From positions 1-42,079 of the IMG/VR virus record IMGVR_UViG_3300031519_000060: 42,079 bases of DNA; one strand, written 5' to 3'. Position 1 is the first letter of the stretch, and the number at the start of each line of letters is the position of its first letter. A program made the position numbers and the translations under genes. Origin of the DNA: a virus (lineage: Duplodnaviria; Caudoviricetes). This document shows positions 16,290-24,820 of this stretch, in pieces. The notes below the pieces were generated by a model that did not search any database, had not been told where the DNA came from, and saw only the letters and a program-made list of their open reading frames with translations.

Positions 16290-16434
16290 AGAGGGTAGAT
16301 ATACTCTCGATATGGTTAAGATAGATCGAAAAGTTCGAGATGTTTTAAGTCATATTAAGATGGCAGAAGCGCAAAGAGAACACATGCGTAATAAAGTTGA
16401 AGACTCTGCTCCGCAAGTTTCCGTAGCTACTTAA
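16207..16434 (+). CDS. Small coiled-coil hypothetical protein
   Basis: Track ORF starts at 16192; GAGG RBS favours 16207; WEQEHLKEGRYTLDMVKID. Confidence 0.65.
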   Translation: MEKMMQHLQDLYQQKRGLDLQWEQEHLKEGRYTLDMVKIDRKVRDVLSHIKMAEAQREHMRNKVEDSAPQVSVAT

Positions 16435-16482
16435 ACAAAAAGCTACATCGTTGGAAAAATTCACTCCACACTACAGGCTCTC

Positions 16483-16511
16483 TTGCACTCTACTTAAAAC
16501 TAGTGTATAAA
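16483..16511 (+). promoter_or_regulatory. Sigma70 promoter
   Basis: TTGCAC-17nt-TATAAA. Confidence 0.6.
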
Positions 16512-16516
16512 AACTC

Positions 16517-16588
16517 ACTATACATTTATTATATTTAATATGGGTTGCGTATAGTCTAACGGCCTAGAGACCATATTAAATAACTAGG
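16517..16588 (+). ncRNA. Putative double-pseudoknot structured RNA in a 5'UTR
   Basis: Three interleaved perfect pairings: 16517-16523/16549-16555 (7 bp), 16532-16543/16571-16582 (12 bp), 16563-16567/16584-16588 (5 bp). Confidence 0.6.
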
Positions 16589-16603
16589 AAAAGGAGATAA
16601 ATT

Positions 16604-17113
16604 ATGGCTACAACTACATTTTCGGGACCGCTAAGATCGGGAACGATATTAAATACAACTGGTGTTACACTTGGAGACGACATAAGAAACGTAGGCGCTG
16701 TGCCTACACTTTCAGTTGCTTCTACAGTGATGACTCACTCTACAACTACGGCTACAGCAACAGGTTTGATTGTTCCTAAATTTTCACAAATCACAAGAGT
16801 ATTTATGTTAATTGAACAACTATTTGCTAACTCAAGCACAACAACTATTTCTTTTGGAGATGGTGCAGATAATGCAGTCGATATTACAGCAGCAGCTAAC
16901 GTTGCAGCTGGAGCTATTGGACCAATTGAGATGACACAATCTGCAACTAACAGATGGCAAGTTGGAGCAACTGATATTGAACTTTTTGGTATCACTATTG
17001 CTAACTCTGCAACTGCTGGTCAAGCTAGAGTATTTGTAGAATACTTACAAAACTGGACTGGTACTGCTGCTAACAGTGGTAACAGAAACCCGTTAACACC
17101 AAGCGGTTACTAA
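16604..17113 (+). CDS. Virion structural protein (MATTTFSGP start; beta-sandwich, decoration-type)
   Basis: Ala/Thr/Gly-rich; strong RBS; has its own promoter and downstream hairpin. Confidence 0.7.
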   Translation: MATTTFSGPLRSGTILNTTGVTLGDDIRNVGAVPTLSVASTVMTHSTTTATATGLIVPKFSQITRVFMLIEQLFANSSTTTISFGDGADNAVDITAAANVAAGAIGPIEMTQSATNRWQVGATDIELFGITIANSATAGQARVFVEYLQNWTGTAANSGNRNPLTPSGY

Positions 17114-17123
17114 TAATAATTAG

Positions 17124-17143
17124 TGTGGGGCTTCGGCCCCACA
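17124..17143 (+). terminator. UUCG-tetraloop hairpin (terminator or mRNA stabiliser)
   Basis: TGTGGGGC-TTCG-GCCCCACA. Confidence 0.7.
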
Positions 17144-17166
17144 TATAAATTTTAAGGAGATAAATT

Positions 17167-17469
17167 ATGTCAACATTTGGATCAGCAATTGAAGGAGTTG
17201 CAACTAACGTAACTACTGAAACTAAAACTGTTCAAACAGGAAGAACTAGAGTATATGGCGTTCATGTATCTGGACCAAACCAAGCTGGTGTTTTAGAACT
17301 TAGCGATGGTTCAACTTCAAAAGTAAAATTAAATAAAGGTGCTCATATTCACGATATGACAATTAATTTCCCTGTACCAATTTTATTTAAAACTTCAGTA
17401 GTTTCAGGTTTTACTACAGAACAGATTACTGCCATTACTGTGTTTCATAGCGGCGGAAGTAACTCGTAG
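17167..17469 (+). CDS. Small virion structural protein
   Basis: 100 aa, beta-rich; AAGGAG RBS. Confidence 0.65.
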   Translation: MSTFGSAIEGVATNVTTETKTVQTGRTRVYGVHVSGPNQAGVLELSDGSTSKVKLNKGAHIHDMTINFPVPILFKTSVVSGFTTEQITAITVFHSGGSNS

Positions 17470-17477
17470 GAGGCAAC

Positions 17478-18416
17478 TTGGCTTTTTCAGGCACAACTAC
17501 ATTCGAGAAAACATTCTCGATCGATGATATTATAACTGAAGCTTTTGAAAGATTAGGTTTTTTTGATTACTCGGGTAATGACTTACGTTCTGCTAGAAGA
17601 TCATTAAATATAATGCTTCAAGAATGGGACAATAGAGGTGTTCATTTTTGGCAAGTTAGAGAACATGCTTTTAGTTTAGTTAATGGCCAGAATGAATATG
17701 TAATTTTTAGATCACCTAGTGATGGTGCTTCAGATGGAATTACAACTACTTTAACTGCTGCAATTACTTCTACAGCTACAACTATTCCAGTTGCTTCTGT
17801 AGCCCAGATGCCTGACTCTGGAAAAATAAAAATTAATAACGAAATAATACAATACAGTTCTATCTCAGCTAATAATTTACTTCTTTCAGCTGTAACAGAT
17901 AGAGGAATAGATGATACAACTGCTGCTTCCCATGATCAAAATGATTCAGTAAATAATTTTGTAAATATGGCTTCTGATCTTTTAGAGTCTAGTTACAGAA
18001 CTTCTTTAAATGTAGATTCACCTTTATCTAAAGTAAACAGATCACAGTATTCAGCTTTTTCTAATAAAACTGCTACAGGTCAACCCTCTCAATATTGGGT
18101 ACAAAGATTTATAAATAGAGTAAGTGTTACTTTATATTTAACTCCAGGAAGTTCTCAAGTTGGAGACTTTATATATTTTTATTATTTACAAAGATTACAA
18201 GATGCAGGTAAATATACTAATGAAGCAGATGTGGTTAATAGATTTGTACCATGTATGTGTGCAGGTTTAGCTTATTACATATCACAAAAAAAAGCACCAC
18301 AAAGAACTCAAGAAATGAAATTACTTTATGAAGATGAATTACAAAGAGCATTAGAAGAAGATGGTTCATCAGCAAGTGTTTACATCTCACCTAAAACTTA
18401 TTACCCGGAGATATAA
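17478..18416 (+). CDS. Head-tail adaptor-like protein with an inserted beta domain (TTG start)
   Basis: IITEAFERLG..SARRSLN..EW.NRG; GQPSQY; CAGLAYY; AGGAGG RBS. Confidence 0.7.
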   Translation: MAFSGTTTFEKTFSIDDIITEAFERLGFFDYSGNDLRSARRSLNIMLQEWDNRGVHFWQVREHAFSLVNGQNEYVIFRSPSDGASDGITTTLTAAITSTATTIPVASVAQMPDSGKIKINNEIIQYSSISANNLLLSAVTDRGIDDTTAASHDQNDSVNNFVNMASDLLESSYRTSLNVDSPLSKVNRSQYSAFSNKTATGQPSQYWVQRFINRVSVTLYLTPGSSQVGDFIYFYYLQRLQDAGKYTNEADVVNRFVPCMCAGLAYYISQKKAPQRTQEMKLLYEDELQRALEEDGSSASVYISPKTYYPEI

Positions 18417-19279
18417 TGGCAAAGTTTGCAAAAGGGAAACACGCTTTAGCAATTTCTGATCGAAGCGGATTAGCTTTTCCGTGGAGAGAAATGGTTACAG
18501 AATGGAATGGAGCTTTTGTACATTATTCAGAGTATGAACGTAAGCAACCACAATTAGAACCAAAACCATTTGTAGCTGATCCACAAGGTTTAGAAAAAGC
18601 AAGACCACAAGTTGCTCCTTTACCTACACCAGATCTATTAGGAGAAAATCCTATTGTTACAAATAATCTCATTAGTATTGGTTCTGTTTATGTTGTAACT
18701 CAACCTAATAGTGGAATATTAGTAAATGATGTGGTAAGACTTATGAGTATTAAAACTAATTTAGCATCAAGCACAACTGCTCTTCAAAAAAGTATTCAAG
18801 AATTAGAATTATCAACAACCTTAGCTTCTAATATAACTTCTACAGATACTTCTATGACTGTAGTTGATGATCTTGGTTTCTATACAAATGGTGGTTATGT
18901 AGTTATTGAAAAAATAAATTCTACAACAGGATTTTTTGAAAATGAAGTTCTTCAGTATACTGCTTATGATTCTAGTACAAAAATATTATCTGGTTTAGTT
19001 AGAGGAACTAATGCTCCATTTAGAGGAGTTAGCCCCGTAAATACTACAGCTAGTTCCCATGATGCCGGAGCCAAAATATTTGGAGCAAGATTAGTTGATT
19101 CTTTAAATGAAACAACTCAAAGTCAAGCAGGGCAACCTTCAACAATAACTATTGCTGATAGCTATAATCTAAAAGAGAATGACGAAGGCACTTTGTTTTT
19201 AGATGTATATGGACCAGGAGGAGGCTTGAATTGTCTCGCAGGTCCTGTTAATAATAACTTTACAAGTACAAATTTATAA
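18416..19279 (+). CDS. Virion protein (AISDRSG..WNG..E.KQPQL N-terminus) with an inserted beta domain
   Basis: TAATG coupling; located in the tail module. Confidence 0.65.
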   Translation: MAKFAKGKHALAISDRSGLAFPWREMVTEWNGAFVHYSEYERKQPQLEPKPFVADPQGLEKARPQVAPLPTPDLLGENPIVTNNLISIGSVYVVTQPNSGILVNDVVRLMSIKTNLASSTTALQKSIQELELSTTLASNITSTDTSMTVVDDLGFYTNGGYVVIEKINSTTGFFENEVLQYTAYDSSTKILSGLVRGTNAPFRGVSPVNTTASSHDAGAKIFGARLVDSLNETTQSQAGQPSTITIADSYNLKENDEGTLFLDVYGPGGGLNCLAGPVNNNFTSTNL

Positions 19280-19281
19280 TT

Positions 19282-19932
19282 ATGACATACGCAGAATTAA
19301 AACAAAAAATTATAGACTACACCGAAGTATCAAGCACAGTTCTTACAGATATTATTTTAAATGGTATTATTGAAGATGCTGAGTTTAGAATATTTAGAGA
19401 TGTAGACTCAGATAATAATAGAAGATATGCAACAGCTAATTTAGTTGTAAACACAAGATTTATTCAAACTCCAGATAATGCATTAATCATTAGATCTGCT
19501 CAAATAATAGATTCTGATGGAACTGCTTCAGCTAATAATAGAGATTTTTTACAATGGAGAGATACAAGTTTTATGTCAGAGTTTAACAATCTAGAAACTA
19601 CAGGAGTTCCAAAATACTATAGTTGGTGGGACAAAAATCATTTAGTATTTGCTCCAACTCCAGATGCGACTTACACAATTCAGTTAAATTATATCTTGAA
19701 AGATGCTGGATTATCGAGTACAAATACAACAACATATTTAAGTTTGAATTTTCCCAATGGACTTTTATATGCATGCCTAGTTGAGGCTTATGGATTTTTA
19801 AAAGGCCCACAAGACCTCTTGCAATTATACGAACAAAAGTATAAACAAGTGGTTGAAGGCTTCTCAATCGAACAAATGGGAAGAAGAAGACGGGATGAAT
19901 ACCAAAGTGGTGTTCCTCGAATAGGAAAATAA
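19282..19932 (+). CDS. Tail tubular protein A / adaptor-like protein
   Basis: MTYAELK..I..AEFRI; GVPKYY; APTPD..Y; LLYACLVEA. Confidence 0.7.
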   Translation: MTYAELKQKIIDYTEVSSTVLTDIILNGIIEDAEFRIFRDVDSDNNRRYATANLVVNTRFIQTPDNALIIRSAQIIDSDGTASANNRDFLQWRDTSFMSEFNNLETTGVPKYYSWWDKNHLVFAPTPDATYTIQLNYILKDAGLSSTNTTTYLSLNFPNGLLYACLVEAYGFLKGPQDLLQLYEQKYKQVVEGFSIEQMGRRRRDEYQSGVPRIGK

Positions 19933-19944
19933 GGAGAAAAAACT

Positions 19945-20385
19945 ATGGCAATAACACAAGCAATTTGTAATTCATTTAAAAAACAGCTTTTAGAAGCTGA
20001 CATGAATTTCAAACAAACTGGTGGTGACAAGTTTAAATTAGCTCTTTACTCTTCAACAGCAACTCTAACTTCTACAACAACTGCTTTCACTGCAACTGGT
20101 GAAGTTAGTGCTAGTGGTCAATACGCTTCTGGTGGTGGTCTTCTTGTTAATTCAGGAACTTCTATTTCTGCAGGTGTTGCAAGAACAGACTTCGCAGACA
20201 GATCTTTCACTGGAGTGACGTTAACTGCTAGAGGTGCTTTAATTTATAACACATCTTCTGATACAACTAATGCATCAGTTTGTGTTCTAGATTTTGGAGC
20301 AGATAAAACAGCTACATCAGGAACTTTCACAATTCAGTTTCCAGCGCCAACATCAACAGCAGCGATTTTAAGAATCTCTGGTTAA
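19945..20385 (+). CDS. Tail-associated structural protein
   Basis: FKLALY..EVS..Y..GG..DFAD..TARGALIYN..VLDFG.DKT. Confidence 0.7.
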   Translation: MAITQAICNSFKKQLLEADMNFKQTGGDKFKLALYSSTATLTSTTTAFTATGEVSASGQYASGGGLLVNSGTSISAGVARTDFADRSFTGVTLTARGALIYNTSSDTTNASVCVLDFGADKTATSGTFTIQFPAPTSTAAILRISG

Positions 20386-20404
20386 ATAGGAGGTAACCTC
20401 CTAT
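20386..20404 (+). promoter_or_regulatory. Hairpin sequestering the Shine-Dalgarno sequence and start codon
   Basis: ATAGGAGG-TAA-CCTCCTAT(G), a perfect 8-bp stem. Confidence 0.7.
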
Positions 20405-22154
20405 GGCAAATAAAACTTACACGGTTACCGTAGCAAGTGGAAACTTGTATGGCGGTGGCACAGGTAATGTATTTTATTTAGACGGAGTTAGAAATGCAAC
20501 AGGACCTGGTACAGTCGATTGGGTTGCTAATTCTACTTTGCGTTTTGAACAAAGTGAAGCTACCAATGATAATCATCCATTAATATTTTCTACAAACACA
20601 AGCACGTCAGGGATAATTTCTTCTGGCGTAACTTATTATTTAGATGGGGCAAGCAATCAAGCAAACTACACTAACACCACTACGTTTAACGCAGCCACAA
20701 CTCGTTACGTAGAAATAACTCCATCAAGTCAAACAGATTTTTATTATCTTTGTTATGTTCACGGCATTGGTATGGGTGGTATATTTGATATTACACAAAA
20801 CACATGGGGAGCTTTGCCTTGGAGTGATAATGCTTGGAATTCTCTTATAAGTAATATTTCTGTTACAGGACAAGAATTAACTACAGAGTTAGGAAATGAA
20901 GTAGCTTTCCCTGGTGCAGGTTGGGGTGCAAATACTTGGAATGTTGGTGAATGGGGATCAGTTAATACAGGAAATCAATTAGTAACTGGTTTTGCAATGT
21001 CTGCAAATTTAGGTCAAATAGATTCTTTTTCTTCAACAGGTTGGGGAAGAGATACTTGGGGATCAGGTATTTGGAACGGTTTTGGAACTGTTCTTCCACT
21101 TGGACAATCAATGTCCATGGCTTTAAGCACACAAGTTTTAATTGATTCAGAAATAAATGCTGGTTGGGGAAGACTAGGATGGAATGTTAATGCGTGGGGT
21201 GTAAGAGGACAAGTTGGAGCTACAGGTCAAGCTATGACTATGGCTCAATCAAGTGTAATAATTGATAACGAAATTAATACAGGATGGGGCTCAGATGGTT
21301 GGGGTGTCGAAGGATGGGGATCATCTATTCAAGTTGTACAACCAACAGGCCAAGTTTTAACTTTAGCCGAAGGATCAGGTGGTATTTCTTTTGATGGTGA
21401 TTCTAATTTAACTCTTACTGGAAATGCATTAACTACAACTTTAGGTGATGAAAGTATAAATATTAAAGTAGGGCCAATTGTAACTGGTTTCCCTCTAGGA
21501 ATAAGTTTAAGTTTTGACAATGCAGTTGTAAATGTTTCAAGTTCACCAATGTCAATATCTTTAGGAACAGCGATTGGAGATAATATAACATTGGCTGAAG
21601 TTTCTGCTGCATCAGCTGCAACATGGGGTCTTAAATCTTCTTGGGGATTTGGGGTTTATGGTAATCAACAAGTAAACACATTGACAATGTCAATGTTAGA
21701 AAATTTCTCAGGCGTTGACCCTGAACCAGATGCAGCAGCTACTGGTCAAGCAATGGCTATGAATTTATCACCAATAAGTAATTTTAATATTACTGGTGAT
21801 GCTACTACTAGAATTTTAACAGCCATGGGTTGGAGTAATGCTACTTGGGGTAACTCTAAATGGGGTAATGGAACTTTCTTAGCAGTTCCAGATGTTACAT
21901 TTAGTTTATCAGCTAATTTAGGAACAGCTGTGTTAGATGCAAATACTATACCTACTATTACAGGTCTAACTAACTTATTTACTAACGTTGGAACATTAAC
22001 TGCAACAGGTACTGGTAAGGTAATTCCTTCAGGAAACTTGTTGACAATGGGACTAGGAAACAGTACAAATGTATTGATTTGGAACGGAGTAGATCCAGGC
22101 ACAGCACCAATTGACCCTCCAGGATGGAAACCGGTTGATACTAACGCTGCATAA
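20403..22154 (+). CDS. Tail fibre-like protein with an N-terminal cupredoxin-like domain and WGxxxW repeats
   Basis: HPLIF..YYLCYVHGIGMGG; seven Trp-Gly repeat blocks. Confidence 0.7.
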   Translation: MANKTYTVTVASGNLYGGGTGNVFYLDGVRNATGPGTVDWVANSTLRFEQSEATNDNHPLIFSTNTSTSGIISSGVTYYLDGASNQANYTNTTTFNAATTRYVEITPSSQTDFYYLCYVHGIGMGGIFDITQNTWGALPWSDNAWNSLISNISVTGQELTTELGNEVAFPGAGWGANTWNVGEWGSVNTGNQLVTGFAMSANLGQIDSFSSTGWGRDTWGSGIWNGFGTVLPLGQSMSMALSTQVLIDSEINAGWGRLGWNVNAWGVRGQVGATGQAMTMAQSSVIIDNEINTGWGSDGWGVEGWGSSIQVVQPTGQVLTLAEGSGGISFDGDSNLTLTGNALTTTLGDESINIKVGPIVTGFPLGISLSFDNAVVNVSSSPMSISLGTAIGDNITLAEVSAASAATWGLKSSWGFGVYGNQQVNTLTMSMLENFSGVDPEPDAAATGQAMAMNLSPISNFNITGDATTRILTAMGWSNATWGNSKWGNGTFLAVPDVTFSLSANLGTAVLDANTIPTITGLTNLFTNVGTLTATGTGKVIPSGNLLTMGLGNSTNVLIWNGVDPGTAPIDPPGWKPVDTNAA

Positions 22155-22162
22155 ATAAGTGT

Positions 22163-22191
22163 TTGACACTTAAGAAAATTTTTAATAAATT
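22163..22191 (+). promoter_or_regulatory. Sigma70 promoter with an overlapping inverted repeat
   Basis: TTGACA-17nt-TAAATT; TAAGTGT-TTG-ACACTTA at 22156-22172. Confidence 0.55.
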
Positions 22192-22214
22192 AAGAACATT
22201 GGAGAAAAAATATT

Positions 22215-23285
22215 ATGGCAAATTCTACCTCAGCTAGTTTAAAACTTACAGTACAAGCAACTGGAGAAAATTCAGGAACTTGGGGACAAATTACAAACAC
22301 AAACTTATTAATCGTAGAACAAGCAATCGGTGGTTTTGAAGCAGTTGGTATTACATCAGGTGCAACTTTAACTTTTTCAAACGGCGCTATTTCTAACGGT
22401 AAAAATGCAGTATTAAAATTAACAGGTACAATTGCAGGGGCAGTTAACGTTGTTATTCCTGATTCTATTGAAAAAACATTTATAGTAGATAATGCTACTT
22501 CTGGTATGCATGCGGTAACTTTTAAAACTACTTCAGGAACAGGTGTAACTTGGGCAGCGGCAGATAAAGGTACTAAAATGATTTACTCTGATGGTACTAA
22601 TGTTGTTGATACAGCATTCACAGAATTATCATCTGACTACTCACCACAACTTTCAGCAGATTTAGATACGAATGATAATAATATTATTATTGATACAGCT
22701 CATGGTATTCTTGATGAAAACTCTAATCAGCAAATTACATTTACGACTACAGGATCAGCTGTTAATGAATTCACAGTAGCTAACGCAGCTACAGGTAATG
22801 CACCAGAGATTTCAACAACTGGTGGAGATGCTAACATTGATTTAAATATTACACCAAAAGGAACTGGTAGAGCAACTTTTAATGGTCAAGGTAAAATTCA
22901 AAGTGTTGCAGAAAAAGTTACAACTGAAGCAACAGCTGCTACAGGAACTGTTAACTATGATGTTCTTACACAAGCTGTGTGGAACTTCACAACAGATGCT
23001 GCAGCTAACTGGACTTTAAATATTAGAGGAAATGGCTCAACATCTTTAGACTCAATTATGGACACAGGTGAGTCTGTAACTATTGCCCACATTGTAAAAC
23101 AAGGTTCAACACCTTATTACAACAGTGCAGTTACAATTGATGGATCAAGTATTACACCAGAATATCAAGGTGGAACAGCACCAAGTGCTGGTAACGCAAG
23201 CTCATTAGATGTTTATTCATATACAATTATAAAAACTGGTTCAGCTACGTTTACAGCGTTAGCTTCTCAAACACAGTTTGCGTAA
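22215..23285 (+). CDS. Tail fibre protein
   Basis: N-terminal ATGENSGTWGQITNTNL; SPQLSADLDTN; Thr/Ala/Gly-rich beta structure. Confidence 0.75.
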   Translation: MANSTSASLKLTVQATGENSGTWGQITNTNLLIVEQAIGGFEAVGITSGATLTFSNGAISNGKNAVLKLTGTIAGAVNVVIPDSIEKTFIVDNATSGMHAVTFKTTSGTGVTWAAADKGTKMIYSDGTNVVDTAFTELSSDYSPQLSADLDTNDNNIIIDTAHGILDENSNQQITFTTTGSAVNEFTVANAATGNAPEISTTGGDANIDLNITPKGTGRATFNGQGKIQSVAEKVTTEATAATGTVNYDVLTQAVWNFTTDAAANWTLNIRGNGSTSLDSIMDTGESVTIAHIVKQGSTPYYNSAVTIDGSSITPEYQGGTAPSAGNASSLDVYSYTIIKTGSATFTALASQTQFA

Positions 23286-23306
23286 TAATTTAGGAGGAGA
23301 AAGATT

Positions 23307-24311
23307 ATGCCACTTATAGGAACATTCGGAGCAGGATCGGGAAGAGGTTTTGGTCAACAAGGAGGTAGTTTTGAAGGTATGTGTGCTACCGGTGGAACTA
23401 TAACCGAAGATGGTGCTTATAAAATTCATACATTTACAGGTCCAGGAACTTTTACAGTAAATACACTTTCACCAGATCCTATTGGTAATGATGTTGATTA
23501 TTTAGTAGTCGCTGGAGGAGCGGCTGGGGGGCATTCTTATGCGGGTGGAGGCGGAGCCGGGGGATATAGAGAATCTCCAGGTGCAGCTTCAGGTTATACA
23601 GCCTCTCCTTTGGGAGCTAGCCCTGCCGCAGCTATAACGGTAACAGCACAAGGTTATCCAGTTACTGTGGGCGGTGGTGGAGCAGCTGGCGGTGGAACTA
23701 ATAATAGCCCAGTTAAAGGCGCTCCAGGTGTTGATTCAACTACTTTCGGAATTACATCGACTGGCGGTGGAACAGGTGGTGGTGGAAGTCCATCTCCATA
23801 TGCTGCTGACCCTGGTGGTTCAGGCGGTGGTGTTGGAAGTGGTGTACCCGGTGCTCCAAAAACACAAGGTTCAGGTAATGATCCTGCCGTTAGTCCACCA
23901 CAAGGAAATCCAGGTGGACCTCCAGCAAATATATCACCCCCTATAGCTTTACCCAATACTCCACAATTTGTACGTTCTGGTGGCGGAGGTGCTATTGCAG
24001 CTGGTCAAATTGGTTATTGTGGTCGTCCCAGTGGTTTTAGTTCAATGGGTGGAATAGGAGCAGGAACAGGAATTAATCCAGCACCAGGTGTTGGAACTTC
24101 AGGTCCAGATGGAGCTTTAAGATATTTTGCTGGAGGTGGAGCTGGTATAGATGGTGACTCAAGTATATGTGGATCCCCAGCTGCTCCATATCAAGTTGGA
24201 GGAGGAGGTGAAAACGGTACATCTGCTCAAGCGAATACTGGTGGCGGTGGTGGCGCTGATAATGGAAACGGTGGTTCAGGTATAGTAATAATAAGGTATA
24301 AATTTAAATAA
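23307..24311 (+). CDS. Glycine-rich (and proline-rich) fibre-tip / receptor-binding protein
   Basis: ATGGTIT..HTFT, YLVVAGG..GGGGAGG, GGSGIVIIRY; many SP/SPP motifs. Confidence 0.75.
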   Translation: MPLIGTFGAGSGRGFGQQGGSFEGMCATGGTITEDGAYKIHTFTGPGTFTVNTLSPDPIGNDVDYLVVAGGAAGGHSYAGGGGAGGYRESPGAASGYTASPLGASPAAAITVTAQGYPVTVGGGGAAGGGTNNSPVKGAPGVDSTTFGITSTGGGTGGGGSPSPYAADPGGSGGGVGSGVPGAPKTQGSGNDPAVSPPQGNPGGPPANISPPIALPNTPQFVRSGGGGAIAAGQIGYCGRPSGFSSMGGIGAGTGINPAPGVGTSGPDGALRYFAGGGAGIDGDSSICGSPAAPYQVGGGGENGTSAQANTGGGGGADNGNGGSGIVIIRYKFK

Positions 24312-24796
24312 TGGCACATTTTGCAAAAATAACAGAAAATAATGAAGTTCTTGAAGTGTTGACACTTAATAATAATGATATGTTAAACGCTGATGGCGTT
24401 GAAGATGAATCAGTAGGTCAACAATATTTAGAAACACATAATAATTGGCCTGCACATTTGTGGATTCAAACATCTTACAATACATTACAAGGTAAACATA
24501 ATTCAGGTGATGACTCTAAAGCATTTAGAGGAAATTACGCAGGTTTAAATTATATCTGGGACGCAGATAATAATATATTTATTAATCCAAAACCTTTTCC
24601 AAGCTGGGTATTAAATTTATCTGAAGCTAGATGGCAATCACCAATCGGTGATGCTCCAGCATTAACAGCTGAACAGCAGATGGAAAACGAAGAAAATACT
24701 GATTACACTTATCATCATATTTGGTGTTATGTTTGGAATGAAGAAACTCAAGTCTGGGACCTGAGTGAAACTAGATCTCATTTGACAGATTCTTAA
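24311..24796 (+). CDS. Fibre-associated (chaperone-like) protein
   Basis: MAHFAK..W.QTSYN..FRGNYAG..F..PKPFPSW; coupled to the Gly-rich gene. Confidence 0.65.
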   Translation: MAHFAKITENNEVLEVLTLNNNDMLNADGVEDESVGQQYLETHNNWPAHLWIQTSYNTLQGKHNSGDDSKAFRGNYAGLNYIWDADNNIFINPKPFPSWVLNLSEARWQSPIGDAPALTAEQQMENEENTDYTYHHIWCYVWNEETQVWDLSETRSHLTDS

Positions 24797-24820
24797 AAAT
24801 AATATATACCTGGTGATGGT

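Noticed and set aside
16517-16588. Assignment to HDV-like, twister, pistol or hammerhead ribozyme classes
   Set aside because: There is no room for HDV P3/L3 and I could not find the catalytic-core consensus of the other classes; left unassigned.
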